NCBI GenBank assembly: GCA_965116875.1
Contig: OZ220733.1
Coordinates: 3,008,001 to 3,072,000, forward strand
DNA: 64,000 nucleotides
Reading direction: 5' to 3'
DNA from: Candidatus Latescibacterota bacterium
GTDB taxonomy: Bacteria > Latescibacterota > UBA2968 > GCA-2709665
The translations under genes were made by a program, and so were the position numbers. The notes under the pieces were generated by a model that had not been told where the DNA came from, made no database searches, and saw nothing but the letters and a program-made list of their open reading frames with translations. Each line of letters opens with the position of its first letter. Within the stretch, counting starts at the first letter, position 1. Shown one piece after another: positions 1 to 10,574 of this stretch.

Positions 1-3000
1 TCGGGAATGACGGAGGCCGGGGAGAACTCGGCGACACAGCGTGGGAACAGCCGGCGCTGTACGCGCTGGAATGCGCGCTGACCGCGCTCTGGTCGAGCGT
101 CGGTGTCCGTCCGGACGTGGTCCTGGGACACAGTATCGGGGAACTTGCGGCGTCGCAGGCGGGAGGGGTATTCAGCCTGGAAGACGGGATGCGGTTCGCC
201 GCCGTACGCGGCACGCTGATGTCGACGATGGACGAGGGAAGCATGGCCGCGGTGTTTGCGCCCGCCAATCGCGTCGAGGAGGTTGTGAACGCGACCTCCG
301 CGGATGCCGGGCTGAGCATCTCGGGATACAACGGTACCCACCAGGTTGTCAGTGGTCCTGCAGCGGGTATTGAGGCGATCTCGAATCGATTCGCCGCGGA
401 CGGCGTCAGGGTCAGGCGGCTGAACACGAAAAAGGCGTTCCACAGCGGCCTGGTAGAGCCCATTCTGGACGAATTGGAAACCTTCGTCAGCGGCCTCGAG
501 ATTCAGTCTCCCTCCCTTACCGTCGTCAGCAATCTGACGGGTGCGGCCGTCCGTCTCGATCAGGCTCAGGACGGTGCATACTGGAGGCGGCATGCCCGGG
601 AGCCCGTGGCGTTTGCCCAGGGTGTGAAGACACTGGCGGATCTGGGCGTGGACGCGGTACTGGAGATCGGTCCGCGATCGGTACTTGCCCCGATGGCGGC
701 CGCGTCCTGGCCGGAATCGTCCGGGTCGCCGGCGCCGCTGGTGCTGTCGAGCCTCCGCCCGCCGTCGAACGACGGAGAGAAACCCGGAAATTCGGACGGT
801 TTCGTGGGGGCAGCGGCTGAGGCCTATGAAGCGGGACTCCCGATTCATTTTGCCGGGCTCTTCGCGGGAGAGACGCGGCGCCGGATTTCTGTGCCCAGCT
901 ATCCGTTTCAGCGCCGGCGACACTGGATCCAGCCGCCGAGACGACGCGCCGGCGTCGCCGGTCACCCGCTGCTTGGCGACCGGCACGAATCCGCTCGCGG
1001 AGAGGTCACGTTCGAGACCGAAGTGTTTCCCTCGGATCCGGCCTGGCTGAACGACCACAAGGTTTTTGGCCGGATCGTCGCGCCCGGCGCGCTCTACGGC
1101 GCGATGGCCTGTGCCGCGTCCCGCCTCGAGGAAGGCGGACCCGTGGCCGTTGAGAATTTCCAGTTGCACAATGCCCTGGTTTTGGAAGAGGACGAAGACG
1201 GGACGGGTGACGCGGGCCGGAGGATGCAGGTCATGCTCGAAACCGGCGAACCGGGATCGCCGCGCGGTGTCCGGATCTTCAGCAGAGGAGGCGAAGGAGA
1301 CTGGACCGTCCACGTGGAAGGCGTGCTTGCTGCGGGGGCTCCGGGCCCCGAACCGGGCGGGCGAATCGATCCTGAAAGCCTGAAGTCCGTGCTTTCGCCA
1401 CTGGACGTGGCGGACTACTACCGCCACAGGGCGAGTACCGGCGTCGACCTCGGCCCGTTCTTCCGCACGCTTGGCAGGGCCTGGTCGCGTCCCGGTGAGG
1501 CGCTGGGCGAGGTGTCTCTTCCCGAGGCGCTTTCCGGGCATGGGCTGGATGTCCATCCGCTCGTGCTGGACGGCTGTTTTCAGGTTGTGGGTGCGGCGCG
1601 CAACCCGGAAGGCAGGGAAGGCGGCGCAACGTATCTGCCGTTTGCCTGGGAGCGGCTCTGGCTGGCGGGACCGCTGCCGGACCGGGTCCTCTGTCACGTG
1701 CGGCTCAGCGAAGCATCCAGCGAGGCGGAAGCCGGGCCGGGCGGGCCGCCCGAAGTACTCAGCGGTGAAGTCAACATCTACGACCCGAACGGGAAGCCTC
1801 TGGGCCGCCTGAGCGGTTATACCGTGAAACGCGCGACGCCGGAAGCGCTGCTCGCCGCGGTGGAAGGCGTCAAGGATCTCCTGTACGAGGTGGTCTGGCG
1901 CGAACGCGACCTTCCTTCCCGAATCACGTCCGCGGGCTTCTTCCCGGATCCGGCGGACGTCGCGGCCGGCACACAGGCGTTCACCGGCTATCTCAGGGAC
2001 GCGGGAGTCGATCCCGACGACCGGGACGCCCTGCTCTCAGACCTGGAAAGCTGGTCCCGGTCCCGCGCGCTCGCGACGCTGGAGGAACTTGGCTGGCAAC
2101 GGCAGGCGGGAGAAACCGTCGACCCCGAGGTGTTGCGGGACGAATTGAACGTCCTCCCGGAGCACAAGCGCCTCTTTCGGCGGCTGTTTGAGATGCTCGC
2201 CAGGTCGGGGGTCGTGACGGAAGCGGGCGACGGATTCACCGTGGTCCTGGGGCCTGGTGATCCGCTTCCCGAAGGCCTGTCCGCCAACCTCGAGGAGGTT
2301 GCCTCGCGCATGGTCGACCGGCACCCCGACGGCCTGATCGAGATCGGCCTGTTCCGGCGTTCAGGCATCGCCCTGGCGGAGGTGCTTCGCGGTCGTGAAG
2401 ATCCGCTCACGCTCCTGTTCAGCAGCGGCGAACCGACTGCGGCCGATCTGTATCTGAAAGCGCCGGTCGCGCGCGCGGCGAACCGTATGCTGGCGGATGC
2501 GGTCAAAGCGCTCGTGGCTACGCTGCCCGAAGGCCGGCGCCTGAGGGTCATCGAGGTCGGCGCAGGAACCGGATCGGCGACCGCTTCCGTACTTCCTGAG
2601 CTTCCCGACGGGCAGTTCGACTACATGTATACGGATATCTCCGCGGGTTTCTTTTCCGAGGCGGAAGCGCGGTTCGGCGACGGCGGCGGATGCATCGAGT
2701 ACCGTCCGCTGGATATCGAAAAAGACCCGGCCGAGCAGGGTTTCGACGCCCACGGATACGACCTGCTGATCGCATCCAACGTGCTGCACGCGACGCGGTA
2801 CCTGACCGAGACGCTGGGCCATTGCCGGGACCTTCTCGCGCCGTCAGGGCATCTGATCGCACTCGAAAACCTGAGTGGGCTGGGATGGATGGACCTGACC
2901 TTCGGCCAGTTGGACGGCTGGTGGCGGTTCGCCGACGACTACCGCCCACACCACGCCCTCGCCGGTCCCCCCGTCTGGCGTTTCGCTCTGGGCGGCGCGG

Positions 3001-6000
3001 GATTCGAAGGCGTGGAAGTCCTGGGGGTGGATGAGTCCGACACGTCCCGGACATTGGACAAGGGTGTCATCGTGGCGCAGGGTCCGGCGAAAGTAGCCGA
3101 GGCGCCCGGCGTCTGGGTTCTGGCCGGGGATCGGGCAGGCTCCGCGTCGAAACTTGCAGCCGAATTGGCCGCACGGGACCAGACAGTCGTGCTTGCCGGC
3201 AGCGGAACGCAGGACGACAGCGGTCCTGTGGGCGACGGCCCGGGGGTATTAAACGCTTCCGTGGAAACCGACCGGCGCGAGTCCTGGTGTGCGATTCTGG
3301 CAGGTCTGCCGGACGAAGTGCCGCTGCGCGGCGTTGTGCACCTCGCGGGACTGGACGGTCACGGGCCACAGGCCACGACGCAGGAAATGGCGGAAGACGT
3401 GAGAGGGGCGGGAGCGAGCGCGCTCGCGCTCGTGCAGGGCGTCGCCGACGCCGATGTCATCCCCGAAAACGGATTCTGGCTGATCACCCGGGGCGCCCAG
3501 ATACTGGAACGTGAGCGGGGCGGTGAACTCGTTGGCGCAACGCTGTGGGGCTTCGGCAAGGCCGTGGCTCGTGAAGCGGCGCATCTTCAGCCGAGGATGA
3601 TCGATCTGGACCCGGTCGAGACGGCGCCCGCGCCCGACCTCGTCAACGAGCTTCTCTATCCGGACCCCGAAAATCACATCGCGTATCGGTCAGGCCGCCG
3701 TCAGGTGGCGCGCCTGGTCCGGGCGGGGACCGAAGGGGAGCGGCTGTCGCTCCCAGAGGAGTCGGATTGGGTGCTGGCGCCGGACCCGACGGGCGTGTTC
3801 GACCGGCCGCAGGTCCTCCCCCTGCCCGTAGGGTCTCTCGAACCGTGGGAGGTTCGCGTTGGGGTGGAAGCGTCCGGGCTCAACTTCTGGGACGTCTTTC
3901 GTTCGCTGGGCTTTATCGAAGAGGGCAATCTCGGCAGGGAAATGTGCGGTCACATTCTCGAGGTCGGCTCCGAAGTATCAACCGTCTCGGTGGGCGACCG
4001 CGTGGTCGGATTGGGCTTCGGCGCGTTCGCGCAGCAGATGGTTACACACGAGCAGCTGGTGGCGCCCGCGCCATCGGGATACTCCGTCTCCGGACTTGCC
4101 ACGGTGCCAAGCGCGTTCGTGTCCGCGGCATTGTCATTCGAGTTCTCCGGGCTGGAGGCCGGCGAGCGGGTTCTGATTCACGCGGGGGCGGGCGGCGTGG
4201 GGCTGGCTGCCATCCAGCTGGTGCAGGCCGCGGGAGCGGAGGTCTTCGCCACCGCGAGCGCGCCCAAGCAGGCGTATCTCCGATCGCTGGGCGTGAAACA
4301 CATTTTCGACAGCCGCACGACGAACTTCGGCCGGGAAATCCTGGAGGCCACGGACGGCGCGGGCGTGGACGTGGTGCTGAACAGCCTCACGGGAGAGGGC
4401 TTCATCGAGGCGAGCCTGTCCTGCCTCAGGCACGGCGGGCGCTTCGTGGAACTGGCCAGGCGGGACATCCTCAGCGAAGAGGAGATGGCGGCGGTCCGTC
4501 CGGACGTGCCTTACGACATCCTTGAACTGGACGTGATGAAGAAGACCGACCCCGAATGGGTGGGAAGGGTCCTACGGGACGTAATGACTCGCCTCTCGTC
4601 CGGAGAACTCAAACCGATCACCCACAGCAGGTGGCCCCTCGCCGAGGCCGGAGCCGCCCTGAGCTTCATGCGCGCCGCACGCCACCTCGGCAAGATCGTC
4701 GTAACGACGCCGCCTGTGCAGAACGGCAGGTTACGGCAGGACCGGACGTATCTCGTTACAGGCGGACTGGGCGGAATCGGATGCGCCGTCGCCGCCTGGC
4801 TGGCAGACCGCGGAGCAGGGGCCATCGTATTGAACGGACGCCGTGCGCCCGATGACGAGGCCGAGGAAGCGATCGGCAGGCTGAGGGAGGGCGGAGCGAC
4901 CGTGGAGGTGGAACTCGCGGACGTGACGGACGCCGACGCGATCGATCAGATGCTGGCCAGGATGGATGCGACGCTTCCGCCGCTCGGGGGCGTGATCCAC
5001 AGCGTGGGCGTGCTCTCCGACGGCGCGCTGACCAACCAGACCTGGGACCGATTCGAAACGGTACTCTGGCCGAAGGTACTGGGCGCCTGGCACCTGCACC
5101 GGGCAACGTTGGACCGCGATCTGGAACTGTTCGTGTTGTTCTCCAGCCGGGTCGGCGTCATGGGCAATCCGGGCCAGGCGAACCACGCGTCGGCCAATGC
5201 GTTTCTGGATCAGCTTGCCGGTCACCGCCGCGCGCTGGGACTCCCGGGTCAGGCCATCGCCTGGGGGGCGTGGTCTGAGATCGGCGAGGCGGCCGAACAG
5301 CGGGACCGCATCGACCGGCAGCGTTCGGCGCTGGGCGGGCGCTGGTTCACCCCGCAGCAGGGTCTCCGGGCATTCGACCAGCTCGTACGTCAGGACGTTA
5401 CGAATTCCGTGGTGATGTCCATGGACTGGTCCGTGTTCGAGGAAGCTGTCGAAGACCGGCCGCCATTTCTCGATGATCTGCTTTCCGCGACGACGGATGA
5501 CGAGACCGGCACGGCTGCGTCTTCGGAAGACCTGATGTCGAGGCTTCAGGGAACGCCCGCGGCGCCGGAGGAACTCCTCGTTTCCTTCCTGCAGCAGGAA
5601 GTGCAGGCGGTACTCAGGCTTCCGGCGGCGCCGGAGCCTTCGGTGGGGTTCTTCGATCTGGGCATGGATTCGCTTATGGCGGTAGAACTGCGAAACCGTC
5701 TGAATCGGGCATTCTCCGATCAGTACGTCGTGCCCAATACCGTGGTATTCGACTATCCGGACATCGCCAGTCTGGCGAGCCACCTCGCTGAAGAACTGGG
5801 CGGGGTCAGCACGGAACCGGCCACTGAGGAAGAGCCCGAGCCGGAGGTCATTCCCGTTACACAACGGGAGAAAAAGCACGACGGCATTGCGATCGTGGGT
5901 ATGGCGTGCCGGTTCCCCGGCGCACCCGATATCGATACGTTCTGGCGTCAACTCGTAGCGGGAAAGGACGCGGTGACGGACGGACGCGGAGATTCAGGCA

Positions 6001-8366
6001 CATGGGGGGGGCTTACCAAAGAGTTGCCGGCTGAGTACGCCGCGTACCGCCAGGGCGGATTCGTGGATGAGATTGACCGGTTTGACTCCAGGTTCTTTCG
6101 GATTGCGCCAATTGAAGCGCGCACGATGGATCCGCGGCAACGCATGCTTATGGAGACAAGCTGGCAGGCGCTTGAAGACGCGGGGATGAATCCGGACTTG
6201 CTCCGGGGCAGCCGCACCGGAGTCTATGCGGGCATATCCACCAGCGAATACCGGGACCTGATGACGGGAAGCGCCTACGGCGTCAGTTACCTGGGCACAG
6301 CCGCCAGCATGGCTGTCGGGCGTCTTTCTTTCGTGCTGGGACTGGAGGGACCCACCATCCCGGTGGAACTCAACTGCGCGTCGTCACTGGTTGCGGTACA
6401 TTATGCCGCCGCCGCCCTGTGGAACGAGGAAGTGGACATGGCCCTGGTTGGGGGCTCGCACGCCATTCTTTCGCCTACGCTCACGAGAGAAATGGGCGAT
6501 CTGGGGATGCTGTCGCCAAGCGGGCGGTGCAGGGCCTTCGATGCATCCGCCGACGGTTTCGTGCGAGCGGAGGGCTGTGGAATGGTCGTTCTGAAGCGAT
6601 TGAGCGAAGCGGAGGCCGACGGGGACCGCATCTGGGGCGTAATTCGTGGTTCGGCGGTCAACCAGAACGGCGCCGCCGCCGGTCCGACGGTGCCGAACGG
6701 CCCCGCGCAGGAACGGGTCATCGAGTCCGCCCTGGCGCGCGGGAACGTGGAACCTCTGGAAGTTGATTATCTCGAGGCGCACGGGTCCGGATCGGGGTTC
6801 GGCGATCCGATCGAGGTGCAGGCCGCGGCGGCGGTCTACGGCAGGGAACGCGAAGCCGAACGGCCGCTGTTGATTGGCTCCGTGAAGACGAACATCGGGC
6901 ATCTGGAGCCTGCCGCGGGGGTCGCAAGCCTCATCAAGACCGTGCTGGCGATGCATCGCGGCGTGATCCCGCGTAATCTGCACTTCCACGAACCGAATCC
7001 GAACCTGGACTGGGACCGTCTGCCCGTGCGCGTGGTGTCGGACAACACCGAATGGCCGGCCCTCGCAGATCGACCGCCGCGCGCAGGAGTGAGCGCCTTC
7101 GGCATATCGGGCACGAACGCCCACGTCGTGGTGGAAGGGTACCCGTCCGAGGACGATGCGCGCACGGATGCAGACCCCGTCCTCGCGGGCGCCCCGTGCT
7201 TTGTGGACGTATCGCTGCCGGAGCCGATGGCCGACCTGCCGCTGCCGGATAAAGAGGTGTTGCAGGCGCGGAGGACGCGTTTCCTCCCCCTTTCCGGAAA
7301 GGCGGATGGCGTGCTGATCGATCTGGCTGGGCGGTATCTGGACTGGCTCGACACCATGGCCGGGACCATCGCTTCCGATGAGGGGCCGCACGACCTGCTC
7401 GCCGACATGGCATGGACCGCGGGAACGGGGCGGAGCCATTTCGACTACAGGTCCGGCGTGGTCTTCAGTGATGCCGGGTCGTTACGGGACGGATTGAAGG
7501 CGGTGGCTGACGCTCCCGAATCGCCGGAACCGGCGGAGGCGGGGAAGGTTGCTTTCGCGTTCGGAGGGTCGGGCATCCAACAGACGGGCATGGGCAGGAC
7601 GTTGTACGAAACGGAGCCGGTCGCCCGTGCGGTCCTGGATCGTTGCGAGGAAAGTCTTGGCGAGATTCGCGGCGATTCGCTGCTGGACGTGATGTTCGAG
7701 CGCGCTGGAACGGACGGTCTCCTTGAAGATCACGCGTTGGCACGACCGGCCGTCTATGCGTTGCAATGCGCGCTCACCGCACTGTGGTCCAGTGTGGGTA
7801 TTCGACCGAACGCGGTCGCGGGTCGAGGCCCCGGAGAACTCGCGGCGGCGCAGGCGGCTGGGGTTTTCAGCCTTGAGGAAGGTCTGCGAATTGCATCGGC
7901 GTGGGGAACGGATGAACTTGTGACCGAGGTCGCTTGCGCGCCGCCTTCGCTGGACTACGTCAGCAGCGTAACGGGGCGGGTCGTTGCGCCGGACGAGTCG
8001 CTCGACGCGGAGTACTGGCGCCGCCAGGCGGATCCACCGGCGCCGTTCCGCAGATGCGTCGAGACACTGGCCGAATTGGGGAACAACGTCATCATTGCAA
8101 TCGGTCCGGACGCTCTACTGAGTACGGACCTGCGTCAGGCCTGGTCGAAGGCCGCGAACGAAGGCGAGGCGCCGGTTGTGATCGACAGCCTGCGAATACC
8201 GGGAAATGAAAGTTCGGAGGCGGATGACGGTGGAATCGTCAAGGCGGTCGCAGACGCATACGAGGCGGGGATCGCAATACGCTTCGAGGGTCTGTTCGCA
8301 GGCGAAGCCCGGCGCCGCATCGCTCTCCCGCCCTATCCCTTCCAGCGGCGGCGCCATTGGATTTAA
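1..8366 (+). CDS. supA: Type I polyketide synthase, SupA-like (5'-partial): AT-DH-cMT-ER-KR-ACP-KS-AT(inactive)
   Basis: Frame is open from nt 3 (..QPALYALECALTALWSSVGVRPDVVLGHSIGE). Motifs: AT GHSIG and KAFH; DH HKVFGRIVAP; MT VIEVGAGTG and SNVLHAT; ER LIHAGAGGVG; KR GGLGGIG; ACP GMDSL; KS ELNCASS/HGSGS/NIGHLE; terminal AT GRGPGE. The domain order plus nearby ACP and hydrolase match the sponge-symbiont sup PKS. Confidence 0.9.
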   Translation, partial: GNDGGRGELGDTAWEQPALYALECALTALWSSVGVRPDVVLGHSIGELAASQAGGVFSLEDGMRFAAVRGTLMSTMDEGSMAAVFAPANRVEEVVNATSADAGLSISGYNGTHQVVSGPAAGIEAISNRFAADGVRVRRLNTKKAFHSGLVEPILDELETFVSGLEIQSPSLTVVSNLTGAAVRLDQAQDGAYWRRHAREPVAFAQGVKTLADLGVDAVLEIGPRSVLAPMAAASWPESSGSPAPLVLSSLRPPSNDGEKPGNSDGFVGAAAEAYEAGLPIHFAGLFAGETRRRISVPSYPFQRRRHWIQPPRRRAGVAGHPLLGDRHESARGEVTFETEVFPSDPAWLNDHKVFGRIVAPGALYGAMACAASRLEEGGPVAVENFQLHNALVLEEDEDGTGDAGRRMQVMLETGEPGSPRGVRIFSRGGEGDWTVHVEGVLAAGAPGPEPGGRIDPESLKSVLSPLDVADYYRHRASTGVDLGPFFRTLGRAWSRPGEALGEVSLPEALSGHGLDVHPLVLDGCFQVVGAARNPEGREGGATYLPFAWERLWLAGPLPDRVLCHVRLSEASSEAEAGPGGPPEVLSGEVNIYDPNGKPLGRLSGYTVKRATPEALLAAVEGVKDLLYEVVWRERDLPSRITSAGFFPDPADVAAGTQAFTGYLRDAGVDPDDRDALLSDLESWSRSRALATLEELGWQRQAGETVDPEVLRDELNVLPEHKRLFRRLFEMLARSGVVTEAGDGFTVVLGPGDPLPEGLSANLEEVASRMVDRHPDGLIEIGLFRRSGIALAEVLRGREDPLTLLFSSGEPTAADLYLKAPVARAANRMLADAVKALVATLPEGRRLRVIEVGAGTGSATASVLPELPDGQFDYMYTDISAGFFSEAEARFGDGGGCIEYRPLDIEKDPAEQGFDAHGYDLLIASNVLHATRYLTETLGHCRDLLAPSGHLIALENLSGLGWMDLTFGQLDGWWRFADDYRPHHALAGPPVWRFALGGAGFEGVEVLGVDESDTSRTLDKGVIVAQGPAKVAEAPGVWVLAGDRAGSASKLAAELAARDQTVVLAGSGTQDDSGPVGDGPGVLNASVETDRRESWCAILAGLPDEVPLRGVVHLAGLDGHGPQATTQEMAEDVRGAGASALALVQGVADADVIPENGFWLITRGAQILERERGGELVGATLWGFGKAVAREAAHLQPRMIDLDPVETAPAPDLVNELLYPDPENHIAYRSGRRQVARLVRAGTEGERLSLPEESDWVLAPDPTGVFDRPQVLPLPVGSLEPWEVRVGVEASGLNFWDVFRSLGFIEEGNLGREMCGHILEVGSEVSTVSVGDRVVGLGFGAFAQQMVTHEQLVAPAPSGYSVSGLATVPSAFVSAALSFEFSGLEAGERVLIHAGAGGVGLAAIQLVQAAGAEVFATASAPKQAYLRSLGVKHIFDSRTTNFGREILEATDGAGVDVVLNSLTGEGFIEASLSCLRHGGRFVELARRDILSEEEMAAVRPDVPYDILELDVMKKTDPEWVGRVLRDVMTRLSSGELKPITHSRWPLAEAGAALSFMRAARHLGKIVVTTPPVQNGRLRQDRTYLVTGGLGGIGCAVAAWLADRGAGAIVLNGRRAPDDEAEEAIGRLREGGATVEVELADVTDADAIDQMLARMDATLPPLGGVIHSVGVLSDGALTNQTWDRFETVLWPKVLGAWHLHRATLDRDLELFVLFSSRVGVMGNPGQANHASANAFLDQLAGHRRALGLPGQAIAWGAWSEIGEAAEQRDRIDRQRSALGGRWFTPQQGLRAFDQLVRQDVTNSVVMSMDWSVFEEAVEDRPPFLDDLLSATTDDETGTAASSEDLMSRLQGTPAAPEELLVSFLQQEVQAVLRLPAAPEPSVGFFDLGMDSLMAVELRNRLNRAFSDQYVVPNTVVFDYPDIASLASHLAEELGGVSTEPATEEEPEPEVIPVTQREKKHDGIAIVGMACRFPGAPDIDTFWRQLVAGKDAVTDGRGDSGTWGGLTKELPAEYAAYRQGGFVDEIDRFDSRFFRIAPIEARTMDPRQRMLMETSWQALEDAGMNPDLLRGSRTGVYAGISTSEYRDLMTGSAYGVSYLGTAASMAVGRLSFVLGLEGPTIPVELNCASSLVAVHYAAAALWNEEVDMALVGGSHAILSPTLTREMGDLGMLSPSGRCRAFDASADGFVRAEGCGMVVLKRLSEAEADGDRIWGVIRGSAVNQNGAAAGPTVPNGPAQERVIESALARGNVEPLEVDYLEAHGSGSGFGDPIEVQAAAAVYGREREAERPLLIGSVKTNIGHLEPAAGVASLIKTVLAMHRGVIPRNLHFHEPNPNLDWDRLPVRVVSDNTEWPALADRPPRAGVSAFGISGTNAHVVVEGYPSEDDARTDADPVLAGAPCFVDVSLPEPMADLPLPDKEVLQARRTRFLPLSGKADGVLIDLAGRYLDWLDTMAGTIASDEGPHDLLADMAWTAGTGRSHFDYRSGVVFSDAGSLRDGLKAVADAPESPEPAEAGKVAFAFGGSGIQQTGMGRTLYETEPVARAVLDRCEESLGEIRGDSLLDVMFERAGTDGLLEDHALARPAVYALQCALTALWSSVGIRPNAVAGRGPGELAAAQAAGVFSLEEGLRIASAWGTDELVTEVACAPPSLDYVSSVTGRVVAPDESLDAEYWRRQADPPAPFRRCVETLAELGNNVIIAIGPDALLSTDLRQAWSKAANEGEAPVVIDSLRIPGNESSEADDGGIVKAVADAYEAGIAIRFEGLFAGEARRRIALPPYPFQRRRHWI

Positions 8367-8426
8367 CGATGGGGTCGACAGCACCGGGACGTCCGGAACA
8401 TCGGTCCGGCTGCGTGGCGAAAGGAC

Positions 8427-9194
8427 TCAGAGAAAGGCTTCGACGAATCGGCGCGCGGAAATGGCAGCCGGCACAGGCTGATCCCAGTCGACACCCTTGA
8501 GTTCAACCACCAGCGGGCCATCGTAACCGCGGTCTGTCAACAGATTCAGCAACTCCGCAAAAGGCGCTTCTCCTTCGCCGAAGGGCACCGGCTTGTCCGC
8601 CACCTGGTCGCGAAGATGGACGCGACCGATACGCCCCGCCAGGGCGTCGGCAAAGGGCATAATGGATTCGCCCGCCGAAAGCAGATGTCCGGTGTCCAGG
8701 AGAACGCGTGCTCGATCCGGCAACTCGGACATCACCGCCTGAAAGTCACCGAGCCCCTGGAGACGGTTTCCCTTCCCGTTGCTCAGATTGAGGACGATAT
8801 CGGCGATGTTTTCCAGGAGCGTATTCACGCCCTCGATGAGGTCGGCGAGCGCTTCGGATGTGCGGTCGCCTCCGCTCGTATTCAGGGTCTTCGTTCCCAG
8901 GGCCCGGCCCAGGTGGACGTCCCATTCGAGTTGGCGCCGGTTGTACGCGAGGTTGCGCTCGTCCGAGTCTGCCTTGCGGCCCGTGAGGTTGCGGATGTTG
9001 AAGCCGGATAGCTGCATTCCGGCGTCGGCAATGGCGGTACGGACCATTGGCACGGACCAGTCGGGGTGGACAGGCGAGCTTTGCGTACAATCGCGGAAGA
9101 GTTCCAGGCGTGTGAAGCCGGCCGCCCGGGAAAGATCCAGTATCTCGGGCAACTGCAGATCGGGACAGAGCGTCGGACTGAAGACGAGTTCCAT
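8427..9194 (-). CDS. Sugar-phosphate isomerase/epimerase family (AP endonuclease 2-type TIM barrel)
   Basis: GFTRLELF, LDTGHL, VHLRD, PFGEG and GYDGPLVVE motifs. The ATG overlaps the stop of the upstream gene (TGATG). Confidence 0.8.
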   Translation of the reverse strand: MELVFSPTLCPDLQLPEILDLSRAAGFTRLELFRDCTQSSPVHPDWSVPMVRTAIADAGMQLSGFNIRNLTGRKADSDERNLAYNRRQLEWDVHLGRALGTKTLNTSGGDRTSEALADLIEGVNTLLENIADIVLNLSNGKGNRLQGLGDFQAVMSELPDRARVLLDTGHLLSAGESIMPFADALAGRIGRVHLRDQVADKPVPFGEGEAPFAELLNLLTDRGYDGPLVVELKGVDWDQPVPAAISARRFVEAFL

Positions 9195-9946
9195 CAGCGG
9201 ATACCCTCCCAATGCGCCCATTGATCGTCGCAGGTCTCGAAGCGGATATCGTTGGCGTCCCTGCGAGCGAAGCGGCCGATCAACGCCATGCGGATGTTGC
9301 GGTTGACGTTTTTGGATCCCGTATGGAAGAGCTGACTGTGCCAGAAGATGGCATCGCCGGCGCTTCCGACAAATTCGCGCCCCTCCACCAATGTCCCTTC
9401 GGGATAGACGTCACTGGAAGTGCCGCCGCGGACCGACAGCAGGGAGTGCGTCCTGAAGTACTCGTACGAGACGTTGTGGCTGCCCGGCCAATAGGTGAAG
9501 CAGCCGCCTTTCGATGCGACGTCGATGACGTAAATCGTGAGGTTGATCGTCGTGTATCCAACGGTCCCCTCGGGCACGCCGTTGGTCGGCGTGTAGTACC
9601 CGTCGAGATGGCCCCGTTCCGGAAGAGACCATGCCTTGTCCGCGGACGGGTAAACCAGTGCCGGACCCGCGCTGCCGGGATTGAGCCGACCCTTGCCGAC
9701 CATTTCCTCCATCATCTCGAAGAGCAGCGATTCGTGAACCGTGGCGCGGATGGCCGGATGGTTGGCCGGCACAGGCGTACGGGGCCCCGCGTCGATCCAG
9801 GTTGCCGGATCGTCGCGGTCGGCCTCGATGCCGGTCCAGAGCGCATCCCGTGCGGCGCGAACCTGAGCGGACGTGAGCGCGCCGCGAACGATGAGGCAAC
9901 CGTTTTCCTTGAAGAAACACTTGTCTGAGGCGGAGAGATAAGGCAT
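9194..9946 (-). CDS. Phytanoyl-CoA dioxygenase (PhyH) family Fe(II)/2-oxoglutarate dioxygenase
   Basis: FFKENG N-terminus, HLD (HxD), YWPGSH, GDAIFWHSQLFHTG and a distal Arg (IRMAL). Start set at MPYLS. Confidence 0.85.
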   Translation of the reverse strand: MPYLSASDKCFFKENGCLIVRGALTSAQVRAARDALWTGIEADRDDPATWIDAGPRTPVPANHPAIRATVHESLLFEMMEEMVGKGRLNPGSAGPALVYPSADKAWSLPERGHLDGYYTPTNGVPEGTVGYTTINLTIYVIDVASKGGCFTYWPGSHNVSYEYFRTHSLLSVRGGTSSDVYPEGTLVEGREFVGSAGDAIFWHSQLFHTGSKNVNRNIRMALIGRFARRDANDIRFETCDDQWAHWEGIR

Positions 9947-10103
9947 GGCATTTCCCCCGGGAGTCGATATATTGTCGATGTATCGCGTTGTCCAGGCACC
10001 CAATATAGCGGAAACACCGGCCGCGGAAAGTTTTTTTCGGTATTGTGACCGGCCCGAACAGAGACCGCTTTCGCGAAACACCGATCCGCCCGAAAAAAAC
10101 GAA

Positions 10104-10132
10104 TTGACTTCACATTTGTTGATCGCTATCTT
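10104..10132 (+). promoter_or_regulatory. Putative sigma70 promoter for the ACP-hydrolase genes
   Basis: TTGACT-N17-TATCTT ending 45 nt before the ACP start. Confidence 0.6.
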
Positions 10133-10176
10133 ATCCGTCCGTTCAAACCACCTATCCAAATGAAAGGACCGTAGCT

Positions 10177-10416
10177 ATGGCTTCAACGGAAGATCGTCTC
10201 AGAAGTCTCATCTCGGAGAATCTCGAAGTCGACGGAAAGCCGATCGCGTTGCCTGATGATCTGAACATCAGCCTGATGGAGGCCGGTATTTCCTCCGTGG
10301 ACCTGGTGGCGTTCGCAAAATTGGTCGCACAGGAATTCGAGGTCAAGTTTACGCTTGAAGATTGTGGTGAGGTCAAGAGCGTACGGGACCTTGTCAATCG
10401 TCTCGATGAAGGCTGA
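10177..10416 (+). CDS. supB: Stand-alone acyl carrier protein, SupB-like
   Basis: 79-aa acidic helical protein with phosphopantetheine site variant GISSVD followed by QEFEVKF; RBS AAAGGA; close to the PKS. Confidence 0.8.
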   Translation: MASTEDRLRSLISENLEVDGKPIALPDDLNISLMEAGISSVDLVAFAKLVAQEFEVKFTLEDCGEVKSVRDLVNRLDEG

Positions 10417-10574
10417 GATGCATTCCAGTCTGAGTGCGTTCACTGCTTGAAGAATGGCCCCGGATTCCGATCCGGGGCCAAATTGGATTTGCGGCGATTC
10501 GGCAATGATCTCTTCATTCCATCCCGGATCGTGTTGTTGAATTCTCCAACCACGGCGAGACCAGCGACTTGACC

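Noticed and set aside
9947-10159. N-terminal extension of the PhyH ORF given in the ORF track
   Set aside because: It overlaps the divergent promoter region, and the family-like sequence begins at MPYLS (9946).
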